Made by a program: the position numbers and the translations under genes | In this document: piece by piece, positions 1 through 8,291 of the stretch | How positions within the stretch are numbered: the stretch's first letter is position 1 | Layout of the letters: every line of letters begins with the position of its first letter | IMG/VR virus record: IMGVR_UViG_3300046747_000190 | DNA from: an uncultured virus (IMG/VR IMGVR_UViG_3300046747_000190) | Taxonomy: Duplodnaviria; Heunggongvirae; Uroviricota; Caudoviricetes | Reading direction: 5' to 3' (one strand) | DNA length: 20,000 nt | The notes under the pieces: generated by a model | Database searches by the model: none | Told to the model about the DNA's origin: nothing | What the model saw: the letters and a program-made list of their open reading frames with translations, nothing else

Positions 1-17
1 CGGCTGGCAACCGTGCT

Positions 18-272
18 TCATTGCGACCTCGCTAGTCGCGCGGCGCTGGTCCCGCGGACCTTCCGGTAGACCCGTCGGCACAGCTCGAGAAACTCCGCTT
101 CCGTCGTGACCACGCCCTTGCGCTCCTCAATCGAGGACGCATCGACCATGGCAAGCGCGGCGACGAGGAGAGATTGCATGCGGACCGCGCGCGGCACTTC
201 TCCGAACCGGTGGGTGAGCTGCATGAGAAGCTCATCGAAGCCGTGCCGCATCTTGGTGACTCGCTCAGCCAT
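18..272 (-). CDS. Hypothetical protein (84 aa)
   Basis: ATG overlaps the HerA stop (ATGGCTGA). Its own TGA overlaps a further ATG at 21 (MKHGCQP..., running off the window), continuing the coupled operon. Confidence 0.7.
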   Translation of the reverse strand: MAERVTKMRHGFDELLMQLTHRFGEVPRAVRMQSLLVAALAMVDASSIEERKGVVTTEAEFLELCRRVYRKVRGTSAARLARSQ

Positions 273-1995
273 GGACGAGCCTTTCGTTCGCAGTCATTCC
301 GTCGTTGCCGCCCGTTACGAGCATCAACGTTCTCAGCTTGCCCGCTGCGTTGCGAATGCCTCCGGAGGTCACGGAATAGCCGCACTCCTCGGCGGCCCGG
401 GACAGGGATACCGGGCGCGGGTACGCCTGCACGACGACGGCAAGAATCTCCCTCTCCGCCTTCGGCAACTGTCCATACCAGTGCGTCGCGAGATCGGGCC
501 CGACCGGCAGCGAAGGGACCGGGCCGAGCGCCGTCAGCCCTTCCGGCGTCGCCGTCATCGCATCGTTGCCTCCGTCGATGTAGCCGAGCGACCGGAGCGA
601 GCCAGCGGCGTTCCGCATGCCTCCGCTCTTCGCCGAGTAGCCGGCGATCATCGCCGCTTGGGTGAGGCTGAGGGTTCCGTGCTGCACGAGGGTCGCGAGG
701 ATCTGACGCTCGGCCTTGGGGAGTCCGGTAGACGCGCCGTTCGTGCGTTTCGCATCGTTCCGAGCGACCGCATCCGTCACGGAATGGTGGGTGTTGCGCG
801 GGCCCATGGGAATGCCAGGGGGCCGCATCGAGAGCCGCGAGACCCCCTTCTCGCCGGCACCTGCGGCCGTCGCGCACCGTGTCCGGTATTCGTTCATGAG
901 CCGTCCGACCTCGAACTTTGCGCCCTCGACGAGGCCGCCAATCGCTTGGAGCTGACCGAAGACGCTCTCGTGCAGTCCGTCCAGCAGCTTCCGGTCGAAG
1001 ACGGGCACCTCGACGCGGACAATCTCGGGGGGCTGTCCCGCCGCGGGCTTCTTGGCGATCTCTCCCCTCAGCTTCGCGATCTCCGCTCGGAGCGCCTTTG
1101 GGTCGTCCGCCTTGGCCCTCTCGATGGTCTCGACCATCGCCTTGCTGAGCTCCGTCAGATCGATCGGCTGGAGCTTCTTCTGTGAGAACGCCTTCACGCC
1201 CACCTTTGGGGTCTGCGACGTGTCGAGACTCTCGATCGGTAGGATCCGGACGACTTTCGAGATCTTGAGCCACTGGGGACTCCATACGTGGGGCGCTCCG
1301 ACCTCGAGCGTTGGCAGGATGTCGGCGAGCTTCCCGTCGAAGCCCTTGTCGCTCAACCAATACTGGAGAGCCTTCCGCTCCTGCGGGCCCGTCATCTGGA
1401 AGGCAAACACGCATTCTGCCTGGTTCAGTGCCTTCTTTGAGACCTCCTGGGGCCGCTGGGAGAGGAAGCTGACCCCGATGCCGTGGGGCCGCCCCTGCTT
1501 GGCGATGCGCTGGAATTCGTGAAGCATCCGCTCTTCGCCACGTTGCTGGTTTTCCGGAATGTAATCCTGGCACTCCTCGAGCACGAGGTGCACGGCGCCG
1601 GGGGACGCCTTCTTTCGTTGGAAGAACCGCTGTCCGAACGCGGTAGCGAAGCGCGTACGCTCCGAGTCGAGCATCTGGCTGACGTCGATGACGATGCTGG
1701 TGCCGCGGTCGACGATGATGTCCGCTACGAGCGCCCCTGCTGTCGGCTCGAGCGGGATGTCTCCGTAGAGGCCGCCTAGCACCGGTATGTCGAAGCTCTT
1801 TGGGCCGAGCCGGAGCCCGGGCCAGCCGCCGGCGCCATCGAGGATGACCACCTGAGCGCCAGCGTGGAGCATCTGCTCGACCATGCGCTTGCAGCCGAAC
1901 GTCTTACCGCTCCCCGTGCGGCCCATCCATGCGAGTTTCTGGGTGACGGCGTCGAGCGGAAGAACGAGGTCGGTGGAGATGCGGAGCGTTTTCAT
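265..1995 (-). CDS. HerA/FtsK-superfamily (DUF87-like) ATPase with short coiled-coil linker and two tandem C-terminal winged-helix-like repeats
   Basis: Walker A GRTGSGKT, Walker B LVLEECQ, arginine-finger region KQGRPHG and SQRP motif. Duplicated LPKAER.IL...GYS..SGG.RNAAG.LR.L....GGND.MTA at the C-terminus. RBS-like AAGGA upstream. Confidence 0.88.
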   Translation of the reverse strand: MKTLRISTDLVLPLDAVTQKLAWMGRTGSGKTFGCKRMVEQMLHAGAQVVILDGAGGWPGLRLGPKSFDIPVLGGLYGDIPLEPTAGALVADIIVDRGTSIVIDVSQMLDSERTRFATAFGQRFFQRKKASPGAVHLVLEECQDYIPENQQRGEERMLHEFQRIAKQGRPHGIGVSFLSQRPQEVSKKALNQAECVFAFQMTGPQERKALQYWLSDKGFDGKLADILPTLEVGAPHVWSPQWLKISKVVRILPIESLDTSQTPKVGVKAFSQKKLQPIDLTELSKAMVETIERAKADDPKALRAEIAKLRGEIAKKPAAGQPPEIVRVEVPVFDRKLLDGLHESVFGQLQAIGGLVEGAKFEVGRLMNEYRTRCATAAGAGEKGVSRLSMRPPGIPMGPRNTHHSVTDAVARNDAKRTNGASTGLPKAERQILATLVQHGTLSLTQAAMIAGYSAKSGGMRNAAGSLRSLGYIDGGNDAMTATPEGLTALGPVPSLPVGPDLATHWYGQLPKAEREILAVVVQAYPRPVSLSRAAEECGYSVTSGGIRNAAGKLRTLMLVTGGNDGMTANERLVHG

Positions 1996-2016
1996 GGTCG
2001 TTCTTGTCCTTGATGC

Positions 2017-2328
2017 TCATCGGTCGCGCTCTTCGCGCAGGAAGGCCCGCGCATTGTCGGCGATCATCATCGAAAAGTTCGCACAGTCAGCGGCTTCGTC
2101 GATTACGTTCTCGATGGTCGCGAGTTCCACGATCGGAGCATACACTGCGGCTTTCTCGATCTCATCGGCGAGCTTCCGGAGCGCTCTCGAGAGTTCCTTC
2201 GCCTCCTGATGCAGACGACGCGATAGGTAGCCCATCTCGCAATTGTCCCAGTGCCCCTTGTGGTCGTTCGCCTTCAACTTCCGCTCCATCCTCTCGGCGA
2301 ACCAGAGGACTTCCTCTCGTGGCGTCAC
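2017..2328 (-). CDS. Small all-alpha MazG-like / nucleotide pyrophosphohydrolase-fold phage protein
   Basis: FAERMERKLKANDHKGHW...RLHQEAKEL...DEAADCANFSMMIAD gives an E..E / E..D pattern. Likely GTG start at 2328 (GTGA overlap); the ORF track extends to 2379. Confidence 0.65.
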   Translation of the reverse strand: MTPREEVLWFAERMERKLKANDHKGHWDNCEMGYLSRRLHQEAKELSRALRKLADEIEKAAVYAPIVELATIENVIDEAADCANFSMMIADNARAFLREERDR

Positions 2329-2350
2329 CACGGTGCACGCCGCAACTCGT

Positions 2351-2569
2351 TCATCGCTTCCCTTTCGGCTTCCTGCCATTCCGCGCCACCTTCGGAGCGA
2401 GCTGGTACCTGTTGAACGTCAGGCAGCCCTTCCCGCACACCGAGCAGACCTTGCCGAATGCATGAGCCGGAACGGGCTGCTTCGTCTGGACCTGCATGTC
2501 TCCGCCGCACATGTTGCAGGCGCCGACGTGAACGGTCGTATGCGGTGGCTTGAGCGCAGGAAGCGTCAC
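2351..2569 (-). CDS. Zn-ribbon protein (72 aa) with basic tail
   Basis: CNMC...CSVC pairs. GTG at 2569 overlaps the DUF1643 stop (GTGA). Confidence 0.65.
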   Translation of the reverse strand: MTLPALKPPHTTVHVGACNMCGGDMQVQTKQPVPAHAFGKVCSVCGKGCLTFNRYQLAPKVARNGRKPKGKR

Positions 2570-3099
2570 GGCGGCGACCATCCCTCGAGCGGCGTCGAAT
2601 AGGCGATCCTCGACGTGTGCCGCGGTGACCCGTCCGCTGTCGTCCCGAGGCAATGCAACGGCCCTGTGAGCAGGGCTCTCACCGCCGCGATCCGTTCGTG
2701 TGTCGCCATCGGATGAGAACCCCAGGCGGCGAGGAATAGCGTCCTGTCGGGGTTCAGCTTCGCGACTTCTGCGGCGATCGCCTCGTCGTTCTGCTCGCCG
2801 ACTACGGACCGGGCCGGGATACCTTCGAGGTCCGTGGACGCGGTCAGGATCCAGCCGTAGAGGTTCACCTTCACGAGCCGCGTGCAGAGGAGGCGTTTCG
2901 CGAAGCCGACATCTTTGCGGATCGTCTGGTCGTCATCGATACCGGCGAGCGACGGGTTGAGCCCAATGGAGAAGAGGATCCGCGGCTCCGTGTCGAACGC
3001 GCCGGACCAATCACGGCCGAGCGCGTATCGGTGCGCCTTGAAGACCGAGAAGATGGCCCACGAGCGACCGTCAACCGAGGCGAGGCGACGGGTCGTCAC
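2566..3099 (-). CDS. DUF1643 family protein
   Basis: HRYALGRDW, IGLNPS, DDQTIRK, VNLY, AAWG and LGTTADGSPRH motifs. GTG at 3099 overlaps the methyltransferase stop. Confidence 0.88.
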   Translation of the reverse strand: MTTRRLASVDGRSWAIFSVFKAHRYALGRDWSGAFDTEPRILFSIGLNPSLAGIDDDQTIRKDVGFAKRLLCTRLVKVNLYGWILTASTDLEGIPARSVVGEQNDEAIAAEVAKLNPDRTLFLAAWGSHPMATHERIAAVRALLTGPLHCLGTTADGSPRHTSRIAYSTPLEGWSPP

Positions 3100-4622
3100 G
3101 CTGCCACCGCCCATTGGACTGGAAGGTTCGCCCGTAGCACCGCTTCGGCGAGCTCCGGCGGCACGCTATTTCCGATCAGCCGAATCGCATCCGCCTTCGT
3201 CGTGGCTGCGCTCATGTCGTAGCTGGCGGCATACTTGCCGAACTGCGCCCGGAGCAACTCGCTCGGCTGCAGCATGCGAAATCCGATGTCGACGAGCTGA
3301 TAGTCGACACCATGCACGGTCACGAGCCCGAGGCAGTGTTTCGCGCGGATCGTCCGCATGGGCTCGAGAAGGCCCTGGCCTCCGGTGGCATCCGTTCCGT
3401 AATAAGCCGTCAGGAACGCTCGGACCTCCGCGACGTGGATCCCTCCAGCGGAGATTGTCGGAAGCGGTTCCTCGACGGAGGCGCTGCCCGGCTGGCTCGG
3501 ATGCGTGCCGCGGAACTTCGCGAGGTAGGCGAGGCTCAAGCCATGATGATCCCGAGCCGTCACGGTTCCGATCGGGCGCTCGAGATCGTCGCCCACGACG
3601 ACACCTCCTCCGCCATCCGCACGGATCGGATCGCCGAAATACTTCGTGAGCCATGCGAGGACCAGTGCGTGCTTTTGGCCGTCGACCAGCGTGCCGAGGG
3701 GCGCCTCGATGTCGTAGACGCGACCGCGCTGCCCGACCCGTTCGCCGTTCCCGGAGTGTTGAAGGACCGGCACGACGAGACCGTGCCCCCGCTGCGTTGC
3801 CGTCACCGTGGACAGGGGCAAATCGATGTCCTCGTGCCGCGGCTCCCACTTGCCATGGTTCGGTTTCACGATGAACGGGCGAGGATTGTCGAACACGAAC
3901 CGTTTCAAGCCTTGAGCGATCCTCCACATGGTCTTTTCTACGAGCGGCTTTAGTCCGTGCTTCTCGCGCTCGAAGATCGACGGGCAGGGTAGCGACCAGT
4001 CGATACATTCGGCCGCGGTGTGAAACGGTAAGAGTCCTGGGCCGTGGGTGCGTTCCGGCCAGACGATCGGATTGCCGTCCCGCCGCGCGATGACGAAGAG
4101 CCGCTTCCGCCGGGTCGGGGCGCCGTAATGCGAAGCGTCTAGTATGCGGTGGTCGACCTGATATCCAAGGCCCCGGAACTCCCCGAGCCAGCGCTCGAAG
4201 AACTCGCCCTGCCGCGACTTGATGGGCTTGCCGGAGCCGTCGAGGGGGCCCCACTTTTGCAGCTCGGGCACGTTCTCGATGAAGGCCATGGCCGGACGAA
4301 GCTCGGCGCACCACTCGGGTACGACGTCGGGAAGGGCCCGCAGCTTGTTCTCGCGCGGCTTGCCACCCTTGGCGCGGGAGTGGTCCCGGCAATCGGGGGA
4401 TGCCCAAATGAAGCCGGCTCGGCCGCTTGGGCATGCCTCTCGAGGCCGAACCTCGCGGATGTCCTTCATTAGGTGGCGCGTCTGCGGGTGATTCCGTTGG
4501 TGCACGGCTATCGCGACGGGCCAGTGGTTCACCGCTACGTCTACATCGCGTCCGATGACAGCGCGCACGGCAGCGGACACGCCGCCCCCGCCGCAGAAGA
4601 GATCGACGAGGTCGCCGGTCAC
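3096..4622 (-). CDS. Phage DNA (cytosine-5)-methyltransferase
   Basis: Motif I DLFCGGGG, motif IV WASPDC, motif VI ENV, motif VIII TRRKRLF, motif X IGNSV. Confidence 0.95.
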   Translation of the reverse strand: MTGDLVDLFCGGGGVSAAVRAVIGRDVDVAVNHWPVAIAVHQRNHPQTRHLMKDIREVRPREACPSGRAGFIWASPDCRDHSRAKGGKPRENKLRALPDVVPEWCAELRPAMAFIENVPELQKWGPLDGSGKPIKSRQGEFFERWLGEFRGLGYQVDHRILDASHYGAPTRRKRLFVIARRDGNPIVWPERTHGPGLLPFHTAAECIDWSLPCPSIFEREKHGLKPLVEKTMWRIAQGLKRFVFDNPRPFIVKPNHGKWEPRHEDIDLPLSTVTATQRGHGLVVPVLQHSGNGERVGQRGRVYDIEAPLGTLVDGQKHALVLAWLTKYFGDPIRADGGGGVVVGDDLERPIGTVTARDHHGLSLAYLAKFRGTHPSQPGSASVEEPLPTISAGGIHVAEVRAFLTAYYGTDATGGQGLLEPMRTIRAKHCLGLVTVHGVDYQLVDIGFRMLQPSELLRAQFGKYAASYDMSAATTKADAIRLIGNSVPPELAEAVLRANLPVQWAVAA

Positions 4623-4867
4623 GATGTCCGCTCAACCCGCGACCGCATCGCCCGTGCCGCGCCATCAAAAAGGGCGTAGCTCGTCTCGGCGAGCACTACG
4701 CTGCCATCCGGAAGAGCAATCCGGAGCATCACCGACGGCGCTCCGGAGACCATCCCGTGCTCGAGGAACGCGACCTCCATGCGTTCGGTGACATGGTGAA
4801 TCCTCGCGTTCTCCGGGATCGGGGTGAAGCTCTCGGGGCCGTTCAGGAAGATGCTGAGCGCGGGCAC
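4619..4867 (-). CDS. Hypothetical protein (82 aa)
   Basis: Fills the operon between the coiled-coil gene and the methyltransferase. Its stop overlaps the methyltransferase GTG. Confidence 0.75.
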   Translation of the reverse strand: MPALSIFLNGPESFTPIPENARIHHVTERMEVAFLEHGMVSGAPSVMLRIALPDGSVVLAETSYALFDGAARAMRSRVERTS

Positions 4868-4869
4868 GA

Positions 4870-5889
4870 CTACTCCGCCGCCGCTTCGCTCTTCTGGAGC
4901 TCCCCGAGGGCGCTTTCGAGACCGGCAGCCGTCATGCTGATCTCACGTAGCGCCGCCCTCGTGATCAAGCTCATCTCGTGCGACTTCACGTCACACCGGA
5001 GCCCGCGGAGCTGGACGATGAACGCACGGACGCGGTCGACGTCGGGCCGGATCTCCTCGAGTCGCGCCTGGTAGGCGGCTTCCCTTTCCGCGGCTTCGAC
5101 GCGAGCCTTCTCGGCGGCGGTGCGTTCGGCCTCGATCCGCTCCCGCGCTTCCTGCTCGGCCCGTGCCTTTGCCTGCCGCTCGAACTCCTCGCGGTCGGCC
5201 TTCTCTTTGGCGGACTGGAGATCGCGGCGCTCGGCGTCGATGGCGGCTTGCTGGGCGGCCATCTTCTCCCGCTCCGCGTCGATGCGCGCTTGCTCGGCCT
5301 TCGCCCGTGCCATCTCCTCTTCCCGAGCACGCGCGGCCTGCGCATCGAGCTCGCGGCGGGCCTCGGCGATTCGCTCGGCCTCGATGGCCTGCGCCTTGGC
5401 GATCGCAGCGAGACGGCTCTCCTCGGCGTCGCGTTCGGCTTTCAGGCGGAGGGCTTCGGCGTCGCGCTCCGCCTTGAGCCGGGCTTCCTCTGCTTCTCGG
5501 GCCTCGCGGATCGTGCGCTCGATTTCAGCGCGTTCGGCTTCTTCGGCTTCTCGTTTGGCGCGGGCCTTCACCTCGTCGACCGCTGCTTTTTTCTCCTTCA
5601 GCGGAAGCTCGAGCGCCTCGATCTCGGCGGTCAGCTCCTTGGCGACACCGTCTACTTTGCGCCCGTATTCCAAGGCGGACCTTTTGAGATCGACCCGCTT
5701 CTCCTCAATGGCCACGCGGGTGGAGCGGAGAACGGCGATCGCCTTGCGAGTTTCTTCGTAGGCGTCTGGCGTCTCGCAGGTGAGAGCGGCGTACTTGGCG
5801 CCCATCTCGCGGATGTCGTCGAGCGTCACCTGGTAGCGAACCAGGTGCGTGACGTTGTCAGGCGTATCGGTGACTTCTGGGGTGTCCAT
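4870..5889 (-). CDS. Long coiled-coil phage protein (339 aa)
   Basis: E/A/R/K-rich helical sequence. N-terminus YEETRKAIAVLRSTRVAIEEKRVDLK resembles proteins found beside phage recombination genes. RBS AAGGA. Confidence 0.85.
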   Translation of the reverse strand: MDTPEVTDTPDNVTHLVRYQVTLDDIREMGAKYAALTCETPDAYEETRKAIAVLRSTRVAIEEKRVDLKRSALEYGRKVDGVAKELTAEIEALELPLKEKKAAVDEVKARAKREAEEAERAEIERTIREAREAEEARLKAERDAEALRLKAERDAEESRLAAIAKAQAIEAERIAEARRELDAQAARAREEEMARAKAEQARIDAEREKMAAQQAAIDAERRDLQSAKEKADREEFERQAKARAEQEARERIEAERTAAEKARVEAAEREAAYQARLEEIRPDVDRVRAFIVQLRGLRCDVKSHEMSLITRAALREISMTAAGLESALGELQKSEAAAE

Positions 5890-5909
5890 GGGGATTGTCC
5901 TTCGCTCGT

Positions 5910-7010
5910 TCAGTCCTGCCCCGGTTCGCGATCATCCGTGCCGGTCGCTGCGAGAGGCGGCGGCGCTGCGCCCTGATCCATTGGCACTCCATCCTCGTCG
6001 ACGTCGTCATCGCGTGGGGGCAACGCGGCGCGCTCGGCATCGGCCATGCGCTTCGTCGTCGCGTCGACCGCCGCCTTGATAGCGGCCCGGTCCTCCTTGT
6101 TGGCTTTCGGCCATATGACGCCGCGCGAGCCCTCAAGCACGCGGAACGTCGCGTTATCGGAGCACGCCTCATAACCTCGGAGCAGCTCGGCCGCGGACAT
6201 GGGTTCCGGGGCTTCGGCTCCAGCGGCCCATTGCGCCATAAGGACGCCGAGCGATTCAGAGAGCTGCTCGCCTGGCTTCGCAAATAGCTCGCGAAACTGC
6301 ACGGGCGTCTTGATGATCTCGCGCTCGCCCTCGAAGCTCGACGTCAGTGCCGGGCGGCCGTCCGCTCCTGGGAGGAGCAGAAATCGCGCGGTCATTTCGT
6401 AAACGAACTCCTCACCCGCGAGCGGCATGAACCCGCGCTGCTCCGGGTTCTTACCCTTGACGATCTTGAGCTTCTGTTTGGCGCGGAAGCAGAAGATGAA
6501 GTTCGCGTCGAGCTGCAGGATCGTGTTGATCATGCGGCGCCGCTCGGATTTCGGCTTGCCCCACGCGGACATCTTCGCCGCGTCCTCGCTCACCTTCCAC
6601 AGCTTCGATAGACGCTTCGCCTCGGTATCGTGCATCTCGAGGACTCCGCCGGGGCCTTCGTGCTCATGACTCATGCTGTCGACGATGATCGTCTTCGCGC
6701 CCTTCGAGACGCAGTGCTCGATCGCTTTGAGGTACTCGAGCGGACCGAATGGGGCTCCGAACGGGACGATCCGGAACTGGAACTTGCCTTTCGCCGGGTT
6801 CGCCGCCTCGCCCTTGTCGGGGGCGTAATGCATTGACCGCCGCGCCTCGGTATCGATTACGAAAACATCTCCCCCGGAGACGCGCTGGATCCCAGTTGCG
6901 AGTCGGAGCGCCGAATACGTTTTGCCGGTCCCGCTCGGGCCGACGAGGCCCAGCAATAGAGGCGTTCGTTCCCGGACTGCCGGGCGGTCGTCGAAGATTC
7001 TTTCCGTCAT
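5910..7010 (-). CDS. AAA_24 / Sak4-like P-loop ATPase (putative single-strand annealing recombinase)
   Basis: Walker A GPSGTGKT, VIDTE, IIVDSMSHEHEGPGG (Walker B) and F.YEMT motifs. ATG at 7010 overlaps the exonuclease stop. Acidic C-terminal tail. Confidence 0.85.
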   Translation of the reverse strand: MTERIFDDRPAVRERTPLLLGLVGPSGTGKTYSALRLATGIQRVSGGDVFVIDTEARRSMHYAPDKGEAANPAKGKFQFRIVPFGAPFGPLEYLKAIEHCVSKGAKTIIVDSMSHEHEGPGGVLEMHDTEAKRLSKLWKVSEDAAKMSAWGKPKSERRRMINTILQLDANFIFCFRAKQKLKIVKGKNPEQRGFMPLAGEEFVYEMTARFLLLPGADGRPALTSSFEGEREIIKTPVQFRELFAKPGEQLSESLGVLMAQWAAGAEAPEPMSAAELLRGYEACSDNATFRVLEGSRGVIWPKANKEDRAAIKAAVDATTKRMADAERAALPPRDDDVDEDGVPMDQGAAPPPLAATGTDDREPGQD

Positions 7011-7870
7011 GATGCTTGCTCCATTTCGCGATTCATTGCCCACGCGGGCGGTTCCAGGTTGAGCGTCTCGCTCTCCGGGATGTATTCGGGCCATTCGTTG
7101 TCACGGAGGCACCGAGCCCACGTCTCGCAGGCGCGCTCCCACCGGCGTTCGCCGAGCTGCCGGAACATCCCGTTCAGCCGCGATGGCGTCACGCAATGCG
7201 GCGGGTCGGTCTCGCAGAACAGAAAAACGAAGTCGGGGCCGCCGAAACGCTTCTTCGTCATCAGCTTGTCGAGGCCGCTCCAATACGCGGCGCGCTGCAC
7301 GTGGTACCCGAGATCGTACGTCTGCCGCCCGCACACATCGGGACTAGCCGTATGGATCGTCTTCAGGTCGTAGATGATCCCGGCATCGACGAAGACGTGG
7401 TCGAGCATCGCCTTGCATTGCACGGGGCCGTAAATCGTGTCCTCGCTCCAGAGCAGTACGAGCTGGCTCTCACCGTCAAAGCGATACCCTCGTCGCGCCA
7501 GCTTCTCCGTCAGGAGCTTGGCGATCCGGATCGAGTCGGCAAGGTCCGCCGCGAGAATTGGTGTGCGCCCTTCCTCCCGATAAGCGTCCCTAATTTCTTG
7601 AGCGGCCTTCGTCTTGAAGTCCTTCGCCTCGACGATGCCGAGTTTGGATTGCCAGCCTCCCAACATGAGCGCGTCGATCACGGAGCCGTTGTCCATGGCC
7701 TTCGAGGTCTTGGTGGACCGAGCCCATCCGAGCTTCGGGTGGTCTAGATAGGCGTGCGCCGGGCTCTTCGAGAGGAGCGTCTTTGCGATGCTCGACGAAA
7801 TGGAAGGCACGCCGCACGGATCGGCGTGATAGGCGTCGGCGGACATGCCGCGGATGATCTCGTTTCTCAT
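7007..7870 (-). CDS. RecE/exonuclease VIII-like PD-(D/E)XK nuclease (DUF3799-like)
   Basis: YHAD...ISSS...SPAH N-terminus, CKAMLDH...IYDLKT catalytic motif, GYHVQRAAY, FVFLFCE. Start is ATG 7870 or the coupled GTG at 7879. Confidence 0.9.
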   Translation of the reverse strand: MRNEIIRGMSADAYHADPCGVPSISSSIAKTLLSKSPAHAYLDHPKLGWARSTKTSKAMDNGSVIDALMLGGWQSKLGIVEAKDFKTKAAQEIRDAYREEGRTPILAADLADSIRIAKLLTEKLARRGYRFDGESQLVLLWSEDTIYGPVQCKAMLDHVFVDAGIIYDLKTIHTASPDVCGRQTYDLGYHVQRAAYWSGLDKLMTKKRFGGPDFVFLFCETDPPHCVTPSRLNGMFRQLGERRWERACETWARCLRDNEWPEYIPESETLNLEPPAWAMNREMEQAS

Positions 7871-7875
7871 CCGCT

Positions 7876-8136
7876 TCACCCGGCGTCGCGAGGCGCGTGC
7901 CGTTCGGCGAGCTCGAGGAGCCGGTCGAGAGCCCTGGCGGTCGCGCGGCAGTGCTCCTCGTGCGCGCGAGCGAGCCGGGCCTGGTCGGTCAGGCGCTCGA
8001 CGTCCCGCATTCGGCTTGCCCATCCGTCGTAATCTCCGGCTTCGAGGCAAAGGACGGCTTCGCGCCAACGAGCGCGCGCCATGTCGCGGAGCGTCGCGGC
8101 GGGCGGATACGGTCGCAGGATCGAAACCGTTCCCAT
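7876..8136 (-). CDS. Hypothetical helical protein (86 aa)
   Basis: RBS GGAGG before the ATG at 8136. Stop overlaps the GTG of the exonuclease frame. Confidence 0.65.
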   Translation of the reverse strand: MGTVSILRPYPPAATLRDMARARWREAVLCLEAGDYDGWASRMRDVERLTDQARLARAHEEHCRATARALDRLLELAERHAPRDAG

Positions 8137-8291
8137 CACTCGCCCCTCCGCGCTCGGTCCGCCTCGAGATGCACGCGACGCCAAGCGAACCGCCACGCCA
8201 GCTCGTCCGCGAATTGCCTGCCGATGAGCCAGCGGCGCGCGGCCTGGTTCGCTTCCGCGATCGCGACGAGGAGCGGACTACTCGGCAGCAT
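8136..8291 (-). CDS. Small hypothetical protein (51 aa, MLPSSPLLVAIAEANQ...), not in the ORF track
   Basis: Translated by hand. RBS AAGGA, TGATG overlap with the next gene, and it fills the operon gap exactly. Confidence 0.55.
   Translation of the reverse strand: MLPSSPLLVAIAEANQAARRWLIGRQFADELAWRFAWRRVHLEADRARRGE

Noticed and set aside
32..1573. 513-aa minus-strand ORF and 359-aa plus-strand ORF overlapping the HerA gene
   Set aside because: R/G/P-rich alternative-frame shadows typical of high-GC DNA, with no motifs; the HerA frame carries all the conserved motifs
3166..4668. 500-aa alternative-frame ORF over the methyltransferase
   Set aside because: Arg-rich shadow frame with no domain signature
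4978..5976. Leu/Gly-rich plus-strand ORFs that look membrane-like
   Set aside because: Antisense translation of the E/A/K/R-rich coiled-coil gene
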